Below, piece after piece: positions 17,692 through 19,350 of a DNA stretch of 19,350 nt. The position numbers were made by a program, and so were the translations under genes. The notes beneath the pieces are model-generated. The model was not told where the DNA came from, ran no database searches, and worked only from the letters and a program-made list of their open reading frames with translations. Origin of the DNA: Bdellovibrionota bacterium (GTDB taxonomy: Bacteria > Bdellovibrionota_C > UBA2361 > JBIKWN01); assembly GCA_044356295.1 (NCBI GenBank), contig JBIKWN010000050.1, forward strand, positions 1 through 19,350, given 5' to 3'. Positions within the stretch are counted from its first letter, which is position 1; each line of letters opens with the position of its first letter.

Positions 17692-18075
17692 TTAGGCATC
17701 TTCTTCACTTGTAGGTGTGCTGCCCTTAGCCTTTGGCTCGCCGTCTTCACTGTCGTCATCTTCGTCGTCATCATCAGATGCAACTGGAATTTCAAAGAGA
17801 TCATCAGCAAATGATGAAGCTGTCGCTTCACCACGAATTGCTGCTTCAGCCTCAGCTTGAAGACGAATTTTTTCTTCATCCTCAGGTGTCATAAATCTTA
17901 CAAAACCTCCGGCGATTTCTCGGAGTGCTGTAACAACTGCTTTGTTACCTTTTGCTTCTGTTGTGAGGGTTCGAGAACCACTCAATAACTGCTTCGTTCG
18001 CTTGGATGCAAGCTGAACAAGTGCAAATCTATTATTTTCTTGAACAAGACAATCTTCAACAGTTATACGTGCCAT
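17692..18075 (-). CDS. rpoZ: DNA-directed RNA polymerase subunit omega with a long acidic tail
   Basis: MARITVEDCL, NRFALVQLASKR and NKAVVTALREIA; adjacent to rel/spoT. Confidence 0.96.
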   Translation of the reverse strand: MARITVEDCLVQENNRFALVQLASKRTKQLLSGSRTLTTEAKGNKAVVTALREIAGGFVRFMTPEDEEKIRLQAEAEAAIRGEATASSFADDLFEIPVASDDDDEDDDSEDGEPKAKGSTPTSEEDA

Positions 18076-18084
18076 AATTTCAAT

Positions 18085-18113
18085 ATGTTAGCTAAACGAA
18101 ACAAAAAATGCAA
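18085..18113 (-). promoter_or_regulatory. Putative sigma70 promoter of rpoZ (TTGCAT-17-TAACAT)
   Basis: -35 at 18113-18108 and -10 at 18090-18085; 9 nt to the ATG at 18075. Confidence 0.6.
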
Positions 18114-18137
18114 ACAAGAGATGATTATTTTGCTAAA

Positions 18138-19073
18138 TCAGCCTAATGAGCCCTGGGCTGACTTCATAGCGTACTGAAGCCGTTTTGGAAGCCTTAAAAA
18201 TAGCATTGGATCCCGACTTCTACCATTAATCAATACTTCATAGTGAAGGTGCTTACCAGTAGAAGTGCCTGAGGACCCCCCAAAAGCAATCAATGCGCCG
18301 GAAGCAACTCTTTGCCCTTCATTCACATTTGCCTTTGATAGATGGGCATAGCGAGTAGCTACTCCTCTTGAATGTTCAATATCAATGTAGCGACCATATC
18401 CATGCATGAACCCTACTTTCTTAACGATACCGTTTCCAGTTGAGAAAACTTTATCAGAATCTCGCAGGCTAAAATCAACACCATGATGAAAAGAAGAACC
18501 AACTCCATCAGGTGAGTGTCTGCCACCGAAACCAGAAGTTATCATTGGATTTGAAACTGGAAAGCGGACTGGAAGATTTTTTAATTGATAGATCATTCTG
18601 TCGACTTTTCTAATCGTCATTCGTTGATCCATCCCAATACGAGTTCCAACAAAACTTGCTGGCTTATACAAAGAATCCTGTTTGTTTTTCTTCTTTTGGC
18701 TCACTGATTCATTATCAGTAAGGACATCACCAGCTACGCTTCCAAGAGCACCTTCAAGATTTTGTAATTTAGAAGAAAGGCGAGTATTGAGCCGACGAGC
18801 CTCTTCTTTTTCTTGATGTAATTTTGCAATGATCTGATTGAGACGTTCCCCTTGATTTTCTAGTTCTGTAGCTGAAACAGATTTACGAATTAGGTCCACC
18901 CAAACTTTTGGGCTAAATCCGGTATGAGCAATAATTGCTAGGGATATTGAAGCAAAGACTATAGTTGTTAGGGTAGAGAGCAGTAAGCTAGTAAGAGAGA
19001 AAGGTAATCTTCTGACCTTTCCTCCCCTAGATGAGACCCACAACGACTGACTTCTTCCTACAAACACCTTCAT
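18138..19073 (-). CDS. M23 family metallopeptidase (peptidoglycan endopeptidase) with an N-terminal TM segment and coiled coil
   Basis: ITSGFGGR, Zn ligands HHGVDF (HxxxD) and HLHYEV (HxH), GYGRYIDIEH, TRYAHLS and GSSGTSTG. Confidence 0.93.
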   Translation of the reverse strand: MKVFVGRSQSLWVSSRGGKVRRLPFSLTSLLLSTLTTIVFASISLAIIAHTGFSPKVWVDLIRKSVSATELENQGERLNQIIAKLHQEKEEARRLNTRLSSKLQNLEGALGSVAGDVLTDNESVSQKKKNKQDSLYKPASFVGTRIGMDQRMTIRKVDRMIYQLKNLPVRFPVSNPMITSGFGGRHSPDGVGSSFHHGVDFSLRDSDKVFSTGNGIVKKVGFMHGYGRYIDIEHSRGVATRYAHLSKANVNEGQRVASGALIAFGGSSGTSTGKHLHYEVLINGRSRDPMLFLRLPKRLQYAMKSAQGSLG

Positions 19074-19087
19074 AATTCGAAGCAGCT

Positions 19088-19116
19088 AGGCTACCGGGGC
19101 TTGGGGTCTTATGCAA
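19088..19116 (-). promoter_or_regulatory. Putative sigma70 promoter of the M23 gene (TTGCAT-17-TAGCCT)
   Basis: -35 at 19116-19111 (same hexamer as at rpoZ) and -10 at 19093-19088; 14 nt to the ATG at 19073. Confidence 0.5.
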
Positions 19117-19321
19117 CTTTTGAGGGAAAAACTGTGTATTATCAATAGTTTATGGATGACTTGGATAATGATAAAACTACGGTTTTTTTGGTAACTTCTT
19201 CATTTGAATCAGTTGGGTAGTTCTGCCTCTACGGTCGGGTAAAAAGCCTACTTATAAGCTTTAAGTGATTTAAAAGTTGCTACTAAACTAAGTGTTAATA
19301 TTTTCTCAATTTAAATTTAGT

Positions 19322-19350
19322 AACGCGAAGGTCGCGAAGTACGCGAAGGA
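19322..19350. repeat. Period-9 tandem repeat NNCGCGAAG x3, truncated by the window end
   Basis: AACGCGAAG GTCGCGAAG TACGCGAAG GA, with the CGCGAAG core at 19324, 19333 and 19342. Confidence 0.85.

Noticed and set aside
273..17879. Short alternative-frame or antisense ORFs in the track (e.g. 273-479, 428-721, 789-1130, 2849-3064, 6148-6393, 7468-7740, 10854-11156, 15107-15427, 16052-16902, 17667-17879)
   Set aside because: All lie within or across well-supported genes and show no motifs; they are expected shadow ORFs.
15469..18075. rpoZ-rel/spoT adjacency (and mutL-miaA) as a novel system
   Set aside because: These are well-known conserved gene pairs.
19117..19321. ncRNA, tRNA or riboswitch in the 200-bp AT-rich intergenic region
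   Set aside because: No cloverleaf or known riboswitch consensus; only short stems such as TACTAAA/TTTAGTA.

Overview
An AT-rich bacterial chromosomal window with about 18 CDS. Gene style suggests a Bdellovibrionota/deltaproteobacteria-like organism (inference only). Left part: the 3' end of a di-haem oxidoreductase (DHOR) gene, a GT4+GT2 glycosyltransferase pair, coaD, a small hypothetical gene, a CcdA/DsbD-thioredoxin fusion and a membrane-anchored Hanks-type Ser/Thr kinase. Middle: DUF971, a stand-alone infA, a divergent CysQ/IMPase, a small membrane protein and a 689-aa, highly divergent ADP-dependent sugar kinase-like protein. Right part: a minus-strand housekeeping run of M23 peptidase, rpoZ, rel/spoT, htrA, mutL, miaA and accA. 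I saw no tRNA, rRNA, CRISPR array, transposase or integrase. The most notable signals are: (1) a 135-bp GC-rich inverted-repeat element built from period-6 CGTGAC units at 5943-6077; (2) a period-9 CGCGAAG tandem repeat cut by the window end; (3) the PfkC/ADPGK-like protein with altered sugar-binding motifs; (4) sigma70-like promoters only 7-14 nt upstream of SD-less start codons (infA, rpoZ, mutL, M23), which suggests leaderless or short-leader translation. All protein calls come from visual motif recognition; no searches were run.
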